This document shows, one piece after another, positions 9,263 to 18,192 of a stretch of DNA of 32,000 nucleotides (the stretch's first letter is position 1; every line of letters starts with the position of its first letter). The DNA is from Horticoccus luteus (GTDB taxonomy: Bacteria > Verrucomicrobiota > Verrucomicrobiia > Opitutales > Opitutaceae): positions 1,800,001 to 1,832,000 of the forward strand of contig NZ_CP080507.1 of assembly GCF_019464535.1 (NCBI RefSeq), written 5' to 3'. Under the pieces are notes generated by a model. The model worked only from the letters and a program-made list of their open reading frames with translations. It was not told where the DNA came from and ran no database searches. The position numbers and the translations under genes were made by a program.

Positions 9263-9906
9263 GCACGAATGAGAGTCAAGACTGCTGGAAGCGCATCGGC
9301 ATTTGGGGCGACCGCACGTGCGGCGAATTGAAGCAGCAGATCCATTGCCGGAACTGCCCGACCTATGCTGCGGGGGCGGTGCGTCTGCTGGACGTTGAGG
9401 TGTCTCCCGCCTACCTCGCGGAGCAGACGCGACGTTTCGCGCAGCGGAAGAACGTGGCTGCGGCGGGGAATCGGTCAGTGGTGATTTTTCGCCTCGGCGC
9501 GGAATGGCTGGCGTTGCCCACGACGCTTTTCAGCGAAATCTCGCCGCTGCTGCCTGTGCATTCACTGCCGCATCGCCGCGATCGGATCGTGAGCGGCGTG
9601 ACGAATGTGCGGGGCGAGTTGATCGTGTGTCTTTCGCTGGCGGCGGCGCTGGGCATCAACAGCACCGGCACGAGCGGCAGTGCGCGGCTGGCGGTCCTGA
9701 ACCGCGGCGGCGAACTCTTCGCCTTTCCCGCGGATGAGGTGGCGGGTTTGCTGCGTTTCGATGACGCGGAATTGGCCGCGGTGCCGGCGACGCTCGCGCA
9801 CGCGCAGGCGGCTTACACGCGGGGAATTTTGACCTGGCAGCAGCGCGCGGTCGGCGTGCTGGATGCGGAGCTGTTATTCTACACGTTGAACCGGAGTCTC
9901 GCATGA
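9259..9906 (+). CDS. cheW: CheW-like coupling protein with an N-terminal four-cysteine extension
   Basis: The CheW core is VVIFRLGAEWLALPTTLFSEISPLLPVHSLPHRRDRIVSGVTNVRGELIVCLSL. The N-terminus has C9-x11-C21-x8-C30-x2-C33 (DCWKRIGIWGDRTCGELKQQIHCRNCP). There are ATGA overlaps at both ends (9259-9262 and 9903-9906). Confidence 0.87.
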   Translation: MSTNESQDCWKRIGIWGDRTCGELKQQIHCRNCPTYAAGAVRLLDVEVSPAYLAEQTRRFAQRKNVAAAGNRSVVIFRLGAEWLALPTTLFSEISPLLPVHSLPHRRDRIVSGVTNVRGELIVCLSLAAALGINSTGTSGSARLAVLNRGGELFAFPADEVAGLLRFDDAELAAVPATLAHAQAAYTRGILTWQQRAVGVLDAELLFYTLNRSLA

Positions 9907-12206
9907 ACGATCCATCCGACGAGCTGAAGGATTTGTCGCTCACGCAGCTCTTCCGCATGGAGGCGGAAGGGCAGCTCGCCGTGCTGACCGAGGGTCTGCT
10001 GGCGCTGGAAGAAAAACGCGATGCGGCGCAACTGGAGGCGTTGATGCGGGCGGCTCATTCGCTCAAAGGCGCGGCACGAATTGTCGGCATGGATGCCGCG
10101 GTGGGCGTGGCGCACGCGATGGAGGATTGTTTCGTGGCCGCGCAGGCGGGTTCGCTTTTCATCGGGCGCGGCGCGGTGGATCGTCTGCTCGCCGGAGTGG
10201 ATTTGCTGACGCGGATTTCGCAGACGAGCGATGCCGATTTGGATGTGTGGGGCGCGGAGCGAGCGGGGGAAGTGAGTGAGGTGATGGAGGGTTTGCACGC
10301 GGTGCTCCGCGGCGACGTCGCGGATGCGGTGCCGGCGGACGCGTCCGCGGAGCCGCCGGCCGCGCCGAAGATGGCGGTGCCAGCCGTGGAGACGGCAGAG
10401 CCGGTGCCGCCAAGGAAGGTCGACGCACCGACGGAGCGCGGATCGAAAGGTGAGACGAGGGTATTGCGGGTGACGGCAGACCATTTGAACCGGTTGCTCG
10501 GACTGGCGGGGGAATCGCTGGTGGAGTCGCGGCGGCTGCGGCCGTTCGGCGAGTCGGTCGCGCGGCTGAAACGGTTGCAACGCGAGTTAGGCGGGACGTT
10601 GGACACGTTGCGCGATCAGCTGGTCGCAGGCGCGTCGGCGGAGTTGTTGCAGGAAACGCTGGCGGCGAGTCGGACGCGTTTGAGTGCGTGCCGGGAATTT
10701 CTCGCGGACCGGCTGGGGGAGCTCGATGCCTACGACCGGCGCTCGACGAATCTGGCGCACCGCCTTTATGGCGAGGCGCGGGCGGTGCGCATGCGGCCGT
10801 TCGCGGATGGCGTCGCCGCCTTGCCGCGGGTGGTGCGCGATCTGGCGCGGGAACTCGGCAAGGAAGCGCGGCTCGAAATCATCGGCGACGACACGCAGGT
10901 CGATCGCGATGTCTTGGAAAAACTGGAGGCGCCGCTGGGGCATTTGTTGCGCAATGCGCTCGATCATGGGATCGAGCGACCGGAGGTGCGGCTCGCGGCG
11001 GGCAAACCTGCGGCGGGATTGATCAAACTGGAGGCGCGGCACAGCGCGGGCGTGTTGCTCATCACGATCAGCGACGACGGGAGGGGAGCCGATCCGGAGA
11101 TTCTGCGGCAGGCGGTGGTGCGCCGAAAACTGGTGGCGGAGGAGATGGCGCCGCGTTTGAGCGAAGCGGAACTGTTGGAGTTTCTCTTTCTGCCGGGGTT
11201 CTCGCTGAAGGAACAGGTGACGGAAATTTCCGGCCGCGGCGTGGGGCTCGATGCCGTGCAGAGCATGGTCAAGAGCGTGCGGGGTTCCATTCGCGTGGCA
11301 ACGGAGCCGGGGCGAGGAATGCGTTTTCAGCTGCAATTGCCGCTCACGCTTTCGGTCGTGCGCGCACTGTTGGTGCAAATTGCCGACGAGCCTTACGCGG
11401 TGCCGCTTGGCTTCATCGTGCGCACGATGCGCGTGGCGCGCGACGAGATATCGGCCACGGAAGGAAAGCAGCATTTCGCCTTTGAGGGACGGCGCGTGGG
11501 TTTGGTTTCGGCGCAGCAAATGCTCGGGCGGAGCGCGCCGGTGGCGGCGGGAGATTTGGCGGTCGTGGTGCTGGGCGAGGGTGAACATCGCTACGGACTC
11601 GTCGTGGATGCGTTCATGGGCGAACGCGAACTGGTCGTGCAGCCGCTCGATCCGCGGTTGGGGAAAATCAAAGACATCGCGGCGGGGGCGTTGATGGAGG
11701 ATGGTTCGCCGGTGCTGATCGTGGACGTGGCGGACTTGGTGCGCTCGGTCGAGAAGATGGCGGCGGCGGGGCAGTTGAACGCGGTGCAAGCCGAGGCGGC
11801 CGCCGTGGCGGCCGTGGCGCGGAAGCGCGTGCTCGTAGTGGATGATTCGCTCACGGTGCGGGAGCTGGAGCGCAAGCTGCTGGATTCGCGCGGTTATGCC
11901 GTCGAAATCGCGGTGGATGGCATGGACGGGTGGAATGCGGTGCGCACGGGCAATTTCGATCTGGTGATCACGGACGTGGACATGCCGCGCCTCGACGGCG
12001 TGGAGTTGACGCGTCTCATCAAGCAGGACCAGCGGTTGCGCGCGCTGCCGGTGATGATCGTCTCTTACAAGGACCGCGAAGATGATCGTCGCCGCGGGCT
12101 CGAGGCGGGGGCGGATTATTACCTGACGAAAGGAAGTTTTCACGACGAGACCATGCTCAACGCGGTGGCCGATCTGATCGGCGCGGCGACGGAGGCGACG
12201 ACGTGA
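9903..12206 (+). CDS. cheA: CheA-type histidine kinase fused to a C-terminal receiver domain (Hpt - dimerisation - HATPase - CheW-like - REC)
   Basis: The Hpt motif is AAHSLKGAARIVG (His52, nt 10056-10058). ATPase blocks are HLLRNALDHGIE, DDGRGAD and SGRGVGLDAV. The CheW-like domain is LLVQIADEPYAVPLGFI. The receiver is RVLVVDDSLTVRE...DLVITDVDMPRLDG...VSYK. Confidence 0.96.
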   Translation: MNDPSDELKDLSLTQLFRMEAEGQLAVLTEGLLALEEKRDAAQLEALMRAAHSLKGAARIVGMDAAVGVAHAMEDCFVAAQAGSLFIGRGAVDRLLAGVDLLTRISQTSDADLDVWGAERAGEVSEVMEGLHAVLRGDVADAVPADASAEPPAAPKMAVPAVETAEPVPPRKVDAPTERGSKGETRVLRVTADHLNRLLGLAGESLVESRRLRPFGESVARLKRLQRELGGTLDTLRDQLVAGASAELLQETLAASRTRLSACREFLADRLGELDAYDRRSTNLAHRLYGEARAVRMRPFADGVAALPRVVRDLARELGKEARLEIIGDDTQVDRDVLEKLEAPLGHLLRNALDHGIERPEVRLAAGKPAAGLIKLEARHSAGVLLITISDDGRGADPEILRQAVVRRKLVAEEMAPRLSEAELLEFLFLPGFSLKEQVTEISGRGVGLDAVQSMVKSVRGSIRVATEPGRGMRFQLQLPLTLSVVRALLVQIADEPYAVPLGFIVRTMRVARDEISATEGKQHFAFEGRRVGLVSAQQMLGRSAPVAAGDLAVVVLGEGEHRYGLVVDAFMGERELVVQPLDPRLGKIKDIAAGALMEDGSPVLIVDVADLVRSVEKMAAAGQLNAVQAEAAAVAAVARKRVLVVDDSLTVRELERKLLDSRGYAVEIAVDGMDGWNAVRTGNFDLVITDVDMPRLDGVELTRLIKQDQRLRALPVMIVSYKDREDDRRRGLEAGADYYLTKGSFHDETMLNAVADLIGAATEATT

Positions 12207-13222
12207 GAATTGGCATCGTCAATGATTCCGCGACGGCGACCGAGGCGTTGCGCCGGGTGATCGTGGCAAGCACGGATCATACAGTGGCGTGGTTGGCGGC
12301 CAACGGGATCGAGGCGGTGCAACGTTGCGCGGACGACCGTCCCGATGTGATCTTGATGGATCTCATCATGCCGGAAATGGACGGCGTGGCGGCGACGCGC
12401 CGGATCATGGCGGAAACGCCGTGTGCGATCATCGTGGTGACGGCGAGCGTGGCGGAAACGTCGGGCCGTGTGTTCGCGGCGCTGGGCGCCGGAGCGTTGG
12501 ATGCAGTGAATACGCCGCAGTTGGCCGGCGGCAACGAAGCGGCCGGTGCGCAGGCGTTGCGGACTAAATTGGAGATGATCGGCCGCTTGATCGGGGCCAT
12601 TCCGCTGCAGTCATCGGCGGTGCCCGCAACGAAGGAGAGACGAGTGTCGAGTGGGCGGGGAGGGCAGTGGTTGTTGGCGATCGGTGCATCGGCCGGCGGG
12701 CCGGCCGCGCTGGCGGAGGTGCTGTCGGGATTCGGGAAGGCGACGGCAGCGGCGATCGTCGTGGTGCAGCATCTTGATGAGCAGTTCGCGCCCGGCCTCG
12801 CCCAATGGCTGGGGCAGCAAATCGCATTGCCGGTGCGCCTCGCCGTGGATGGCGACATACCGGTCGCGGGCACGGTGTTGCTGCCGAGCCGCGCCGACCA
12901 TCTTGTTTTCTCGGAGCGCGGCACGCTGCACTACACTCCGGAGCCGACGGATTACGCGTATCGTCCTTCCGTCGACGCGTTGTTTGAGAGTGTGGCGTTG
13001 CATTGGCGCCGGCCGGCGGCGGGCGTGCTGTTGACCGGCATGGGCCGCGATGGAGCGCGAGGGTTGAAAAAAATGCGTGACGCAGGTTTCCCGACAATCG
13101 CGCAAGACCGGGCGACGTCCGCGGTCTATGGGATGCCGAAGGCCGCGGCGGAGCTGGGCGCGGCGGAGCAAATTCTGCCGCTCGCGCGCATCGGCCCGGC
13201 CTTGCGGCACCTCCTTGTCTGA
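12203..13222 (+). CDS. cheB: CheB-type protein-glutamate methylesterase (REC + methylesterase)
   Basis: The GTG start overlaps the cheA stop (GTGA at 12203-12206). The receiver is MRIGIVNDS...DVILMDLIMPEMDG. The catalytic domain has AIGASAGGPAAL (Ser), VVVQHL (His) and LLTGMGRDGARGL (Asp). Confidence 0.94.
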   Translation: MRIGIVNDSATATEALRRVIVASTDHTVAWLAANGIEAVQRCADDRPDVILMDLIMPEMDGVAATRRIMAETPCAIIVVTASVAETSGRVFAALGAGALDAVNTPQLAGGNEAAGAQALRTKLEMIGRLIGAIPLQSSAVPATKERRVSSGRGGQWLLAIGASAGGPAALAEVLSGFGKATAAAIVVVQHLDEQFAPGLAQWLGQQIALPVRLAVDGDIPVAGTVLLPSRADHLVFSERGTLHYTPEPTDYAYRPSVDALFESVALHWRRPAAGVLLTGMGRDGARGLKKMRDAGFPTIAQDRATSAVYGMPKAAAELGAAEQILPLARIGPALRHLLV

Positions 13223-13240
13223 CAGATTATTGATTTTCCC

Positions 13241-15322
13241 ATGAGCGCTTCACTTCCGCCGCGGACGCCGTCGACGCGTTATTCAATGATGGTTTTATTG
13301 GTGGACGATCAGGCCATCGTCGCCGAGGCCGTGCGACGGGCGTTGGCGCATCTGCCGGACATGGATTTTCATTACTGTCCGCAGGCGACGCAGGCGCTCG
13401 ATCTGGCCCGCCAGCTCAAGCCGACGGTGATTCTCCAGGATCTGGTCATGCCGGGAGTCGATGGGTTGGAGCTGTTGAAAATTTACCGAGCAACGCCCGA
13501 AACGCGCGAAGTGCCGGTGATTGTGCTCTCGACGAAAGAGGAGCCAAAAGTGAAAGCGCAGGCGTTCGAGTTCGGGGCGAACGATTATCTGGTGAAGCTG
13601 CCGGACCGAGTGGAGCTTGTGGCCCGCATCCGGTTTCATTCGCAATTTTATCTCAACCAACTCCAGCGCGACGAAGCCTATCGGGCGTTGCGTGAGAGTC
13701 AGCAGCAGCTCCTCGACAGCAATACGGCGCTTATCTCGCTGAACCAAAAGCTGGAGGAAGCGACGCAGGCGAAGTCGCAATTCCTGGCGCACATGAGCCA
13801 CGAAATCCGCACTCCGATGAACGGCGTGATCGGCATGACGACGTTGTTGCTGGATACGGCGCTGACGAGCGAGCAACGGGATTTCGTCGAGACCGTGCGC
13901 GTGTCGGGCGAGAGCTTGCTGACGATCATCAACGACGTCCTCGATTTTTCCAAAATCGAATCCGGGCGCATCGAGTTGGAGACGCATCCCTATGATTTGC
14001 GGCAGTGTATCGACGAAGCGGTGGAATTGCTCGCACCGAAGGCGGCCGAGAAACAGTTGGAACTCGTCGTGCTGCTCGATCCGTCGGTGCCGCCGGTGGT
14101 GGTGGGCGACGTGACGCGACTCCGGCAGATCCTCGTGAATCTGATCGGCAACGCGGTGAAGTTTACGAGGGCAGGTGAAGTCGTCGTCTCGACGCGCGCC
14201 GAGAGCGGAGGAGGAGGAGCAGTGACCTTGCATTTCGCGGTGGCGGACACCGGGATCGGCATTCCTGCGGAGAAACTTGATCGCTTGTTCAAGTCGTTCA
14301 CCCAAGTCGACAGTTCGACGACGCGAAATTTCGGCGGCACGGGCTTGGGTCTGGCAATCAGCAAGCGGCTGGCAGAATTGATGGGCGGGGAGATGTGCGT
14401 GGAAAGCACGCTCGATCAGGGATCGACGTTTCATTTCCACATCCGGGTGCACGCTGGCACGAGCGACGGGCCGGCGTGGCGGCGCGCACCGGCGGCGCTG
14501 CGCGGACGGCGGATGCTGTTGGTCGAGGACAACGCTGCCCAGCGTCAGGCGCTGGCGCAGTTCGCGCAGTTGTGGGCGATCGAATTGACCTGCGCGGCGA
14601 GTAGTGAGGAGGCGACGGCGAAACTTGCGCAGCCGGGGGCGACGTTCGAGGTGCTGTTGACGGATTTGGATATGCTGGGCGCGAATGCGCCGGAAATTCT
14701 GGCCCGCTGGCGCTCGCAGACGGGCGCCGCGCGACCGGCGTTAATGTTGCTCACCTCGAAGCGACTGCGGCCCGAGGAGAAGGCGGCGTTTCAAGCGGAG
14801 GCCATCGTGGTCAAACCCGTGCGGCCGGAACCGTTGCTGGAGAGCTTGGTGCGCACGATGACAGGCGCGGCGCAACAGGAGAAACGCCCTCCGGTGGCGT
14901 CGGTTTTTGTGTCCTCGCTGGCAGAACGTTTGCCGTTGCGGCTGTTGCTCGCGGACGACAACGCAGTCAACCAGAAGGTGGGACTGATGCTGTTGAAACG
15001 TTTGGGTTACACCGCCGATGCGGTGGCCAACGGTGTCGAGGTTCTGTCGGCGCTCAGCGCGAAAACCTACGACCTCGTTTTGCTCGATGTGCAGATGCCA
15101 GAAATGGACGGATACGAAGCCGCGCGTCGCATTCACGAGACGTGGAGCGGCCGAAGCGAGCCGCGTCCGCGAATGATCGCCATGACGGGGAACGCGATGA
15201 TGGGCGATCGGGAGCGTTGTCTCGCTGCCGGAATGGATGATTACATTTCGAAGCCCGTGCGGGTGGAAGAACTGCGTGCGGCGCTGGAGAAATGGGGTCC
15301 GCCGCCGACGGTGAAGAACTGA
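13241..15322 (+). CDS. Hybrid sensor histidine kinase / response regulator: REC - coiled coil - HisKA - HATPase_c - REC - REC, with no TM segment
   Basis: REC1 is MVLLVDDQ...[13 protein letters not shown]...VLSTK...YLVKL (Asp67). The H-box is [16 protein letters not shown] (His187, nt 13799-13801). The N-box is [13 protein letters not shown]1 is DTGIGI and G2 is [14 protein letters not shown]2 is RMLLVEDN...VLLTDLDM...LLTSK...VVKP. REC3 is [12 protein letters not shown]...[14 protein letters not shown]...IAMTGNA...DDYISKP. It starts 18 nt after cheB on the same strand. Confidence 0.94.
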   Translation: MSASLPPRTPSTRYSMMVLLVDDQAIVAEAVRRALAHLPDMDFHYCPQATQALDLARQLKPTVILQDLVMPGVDGLELLKIYRATPETREVPVIVLSTKEEPKVKAQAFEFGANDYLVKLPDRVELVARIRFHSQFYLNQLQRDEAYRALRESQQQLLDSNTALISLNQKLEEATQAKSQFLAHMSHEIRTPMNGVIGMTTLLLDTALTSEQRDFVETVRVSGESLLTIINDVLDFSKIESGRIELETHPYDLRQCIDEAVELLAPKAAEKQLELVVLLDPSVPPVVVGDVTRLRQILVNLIGNAVKFTRAGEVVVSTRAESGGGGAVTLHFAVADTGIGIPAEKLDRLFKSFTQVDSSTTRNFGGTGLGLAISKRLAELMGGEMCVESTLDQGSTFHFHIRVHAGTSDGPAWRRAPAALRGRRMLLVEDNAAQRQALAQFAQLWAIELTCAASSEEATAKLAQPGATFEVLLTDLDMLGANAPEILARWRSQTGAARPALMLLTSKRLRPEEKAAFQAEAIVVKPVRPEPLLESLVRTMTGAAQQEKRPPVASVFVSSLAERLPLRLLLADDNAVNQKVGLMLLKRLGYTADAVANGVEVLSALSAKTYDLVLLDVQMPEMDGYEAARRIHETWSGRSEPRPRMIAMTGNAMMGDRERCLAAGMDDYISKPVRVEELRAALEKWGPPPTVKN

Positions 15323-15370
15323 TCCGCGGCGCACGCAGTAAGCGAGGACGCGGGCCCACCAGGCGTTCGT

Positions 15371-17548
15371 TTATCCGATGGCTCCGGCGCGACGGAGGGC
15401 GTTCTGCATGCCGAAAGTGTGCACGGAGAATCCGCGGGCGCCGCGGGGCCGGCGCGGAGGAAGATAGGCGCCGTTGGGGTGGAGAAGGTGGGTGTTTTCC
15501 GTATCGCGGAGTTCGGCCCAAAGAATATCTTCGACGATCCAGTGCCGCGCGATCGGATCATCGATCGGAAAGAGAACTTCGACGCGGCGGAAAAAGTTGC
15601 GCGGCATCCAGTCAGCGCTCCCGGCCAGGACGGTCGGCTCACCACCGGCGTTTTCGAAATAGAAAATGCGCGCGTGTTCGAGAAAACGACCGACAATGCT
15701 GTGCACGCGGATGTTCTCCGACAGGCCGGGCACGCCGGGCACGAGGCAGCAGATGCCACGCACGATGAGATCGATCTGCACGCCGGCGCGCGATGCGGCG
15801 TAGAGACGGTCGATGGTCGCTTGATCGACGAGTGCATTCATCTTCGCCACGATCCGCGCGGGCTGCCCGGCTTTGGCATGCGCGATCTCGCGGGCGATCA
15901 GGGCCCCGATGCGTCTGTGCAGCGCATACGGTGCGACCAGCAAATGCGAGAAACGCGGGGAGTGGCCGAAGCCGGTAAGGGCGTTGAACAGGCGACCGAT
16001 GTCGCGGGTCAAGGTGGTTCGTGAAGTGAACAGACTGAGGTCGGTATAAAGCCGCGCGGTGCGCGGATTATAATTGCCGGTGCCGAGGTGGGCGTAGGCC
16101 CGCATGCGCCGACCTTCGCGGCGCACCACGAGGCACAGTTTACAATGCGTTTTATGGCCGATGAGGCCGTAGACGACGTGCACACCGGCTTCGGAAAGCT
16201 GCCGCGCCCACTGGATGTTGTTCGCTTCGTCAAAGCGGGCCTTCAACTCGATGAGCGCGGTGACCTGCTTGCCGTTGCGCGACGCCTCGATCAGTGCCTG
16301 CACGATGGGTGAATCGCCACTCGTGCGGTAGAGGGTTTGCTTGATGGCGAATACCTGCGGATCGCGCGCCGCCTGCTCGACGAAGTCCACGACGGGCGTG
16401 AACACATCGTAGGGGTGATGCAGCAGCACGTCCTGCGAGCGGAGGGTGGCGAAGATATCGGCGGGATTTCGCAGCGGAGAGACGTTCACGGGCGTGAACG
16501 TTGGAAATTTCAGATCGGGCCGGTCGAGCTCGGCGAGGCTGCTAAGACGCACCAGGTCGAGCGGTCCCGGCAGGCGAAAGACGTTGGCGGGCGCCACGTG
16601 CAATTGTTCGCAGAGCGTGCGGGAAAGCATTTCATCGCTGCCCAGCTCGATTTCCAGACGCACCGCTGCGCCGCGGCGCAAATTGCGCAATTCCTCTTCG
16701 ATTTTCTTGAGCAGGTTTTCCGCCTCCTCCTCGTCGATGTAGAGGTCGCTGTTGCGCGTGACTCGGAAAGTGTGCGCGGCCCGCAATTGGTATCCGGGAA
16801 ACAAATCACCGGCGCAGAGTTTGATGAGATCGCTGAGAAACAGGAACTGCCGGGGCGCGTCGTGAGCGCGAGGGAGGGTGACGAGGCGCGGAAGAATTCG
16901 CGGCACTGGCAGGATCGCGATCAGTGGAGTTTCGTCGGCCGGAGCGGGACGTTCCAGCGCCACGATGACGTTGAGCGTTTTGTTGCCGATGTGCGGAAAC
17001 GGATGAGAGGGATCGAGAGCGAGCGGGGTAAGAACGGGATAAACCTGGTCGCGGAAATAGGAGCGAAGCCACGCGCGTTGTTCGCCGCTGAGATCGGTGG
17101 GCGCGGGGAACAGGATGTTTTCACGAGCGAGCGCCGGCTTGAGGTGGCGATGCCAGCACTGGTATTGCTCGTCGACGAGAGAGGCGACGACGGCGTGAAT
17201 CCGCCGCAACTGCTCGCTGGGTCCGAGGCCGTCGATACTCACCTCGAGGAGACCGGAATCGGTTTGCTGGAGAAGGCCGGCGACGCGGATCTCGAAAAAT
17301 TCGTCGAGATTGGAACCGACGATAGCGAGAAAGTTGACGCGTTCGAGCAGGGGATAGCGTTCGCTTTGCGCTTGTGCGAGCACCCGCCGGTTGAACGCGA
17401 GCCAACTTAATTCGCGATTAAAGTAGGCGGTTGCGGGCAGGATGGGGGCTCTTTTGTTGGCTGGACGCACGGCTGTAGAGACAGCGGCCGAGCGTAAGAG
17501 GGCCCAAGTGCGAAACGAGGCAAATGTCCGATGGACGGTGGACTGCAA
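15371..17548 (-). CDS. ppk: Polyphosphate kinase 1
   Basis: YFNRELSWLAFNRRVLAQA, the N-terminal PPK motif, and GYQLRAAHTFRVTRNSDL. The PLD-like C-domains are GVHVVYGLIGHKTHCKLCLVVR and VHSIVGRFLEHARIFYF. The start is uncertain: TTG at 17548 (track) or an in-frame GTG at 17470 (VRPANKRAPILPATAYFNRE). Confidence 0.95.
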   Translation of the reverse strand: MQSTVHRTFASFRTWALLRSAAVSTAVRPANKRAPILPATAYFNRELSWLAFNRRVLAQAQSERYPLLERVNFLAIVGSNLDEFFEIRVAGLLQQTDSGLLEVSIDGLGPSEQLRRIHAVVASLVDEQYQCWHRHLKPALARENILFPAPTDLSGEQRAWLRSYFRDQVYPVLTPLALDPSHPFPHIGNKTLNVIVALERPAPADETPLIAILPVPRILPRLVTLPRAHDAPRQFLFLSDLIKLCAGDLFPGYQLRAAHTFRVTRNSDLYIDEEEAENLLKKIEEELRNLRRGAAVRLEIELGSDEMLSRTLCEQLHVAPANVFRLPGPLDLVRLSSLAELDRPDLKFPTFTPVNVSPLRNPADIFATLRSQDVLLHHPYDVFTPVVDFVEQAARDPQVFAIKQTLYRTSGDSPIVQALIEASRNGKQVTALIELKARFDEANNIQWARQLSEAGVHVVYGLIGHKTHCKLCLVVRREGRRMRAYAHLGTGNYNPRTARLYTDLSLFTSRTTLTRDIGRLFNALTGFGHSPRFSHLLVAPYALHRRIGALIAREIAHAKAGQPARIVAKMNALVDQATIDRLYAASRAGVQIDLIVRGICCLVPGVPGLSENIRVHSIVGRFLEHARIFYFENAGGEPTVLAGSADWMPRNFFRRVEVLFPIDDPIARHWIVEDILWAELRDTENTHLLHPNGAYLPPRRPRGARGFSVHTFGMQNALRRAGAIG

Positions 17549-17595
17549 AAACGGGCCGCCGTGGGAAAGCGGAGAGAGATTTAAGGGAATCTCCC

Positions 17596-18192
17596 ATGAA
17601 ATATTTATCGCCCGTGCGAAGGCTCACGCGTGAGCTGCGCTCCCGTTACCCCGTGAGTCATTTCGAGTCAGAACAATCCCGCTGGCTGGCTGAGCACGTG
17701 CAACCGCACGAGCCAATGCTACGCGCTTGGTTGCAAAGCCGGTTTGGAGCTGGAAGCGACGTGGACGACATCGTGCAAGAGGCCTACATGCGCCTGTGGC
17801 GGGCGCGCCAGAATGGCAAAGTGAGCGCACCCAAAGCGTTTTTCTTCGCGATCGCGCGCAACATTGCCTTGGATCTCGCACGTCATGAGCAGATCGCCCG
17901 GATGGATTCTTTAGCGGAAATCGATTGTTTGTCCGTCTCAGATGGAAGCGAGGCCATTCCTGAATCGGTCGCGCGAAACCAGGAGCTAGCCCTTTTGACT
18001 GAAGCAATCCAATCTCTGCCGGAGCGTTGTCGTGAGGTTTTCACGCTGCGGAAACTCTACGGTCTCTCGCAAAAAGAGATCGCAACTCGCCTCGGCATCT
18101 CGGAGCACACCGTTTCCGCACAGCTCACGATCGGGCTGCACAAATGCACAGAGTTTCTGAGTCGACGACGGTCACTCGAAGAACGGGCATGA
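17596..18192 (+). CDS. ECF-type RNA polymerase sigma-70 family factor (FecI-like)
   Basis: Track ORF 17524..18192. The ATG at 17596 (MKYLSPV) avoids overlap with the divergent ppk. Region 2 is DDIVQEAYMRLWRAR...FFFAIARNIALDLAR. Region 4 is LPERCREVFTLRKLYGLSQKEIATRLGISEHTVSAQL. Confidence 0.9.
   Translation: MKYLSPVRRLTRELRSRYPVSHFESEQSRWLAEHVQPHEPMLRAWLQSRFGAGSDVDDIVQEAYMRLWRARQNGKVSAPKAFFFAIARNIALDLARHEQIARMDSLAEIDCLSVSDGSEAIPESVARNQELALLTEAIQSLPERCREVFTLRKLYGLSQKEIATRLGISEHTVSAQLTIGLHKCTEFLSRRRSLEERA

Noticed and set aside
17524-17548. Apparent head-to-head overlap of the ppk (start 17548) and ECF sigma (start 17524) track ORFs.
   Set aside because: Both track starts are probably over-extended. 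The sigma factor most likely starts at ATG 17596, and ppk may start at GTG 17470, which gives an ordinary divergent promoter region.
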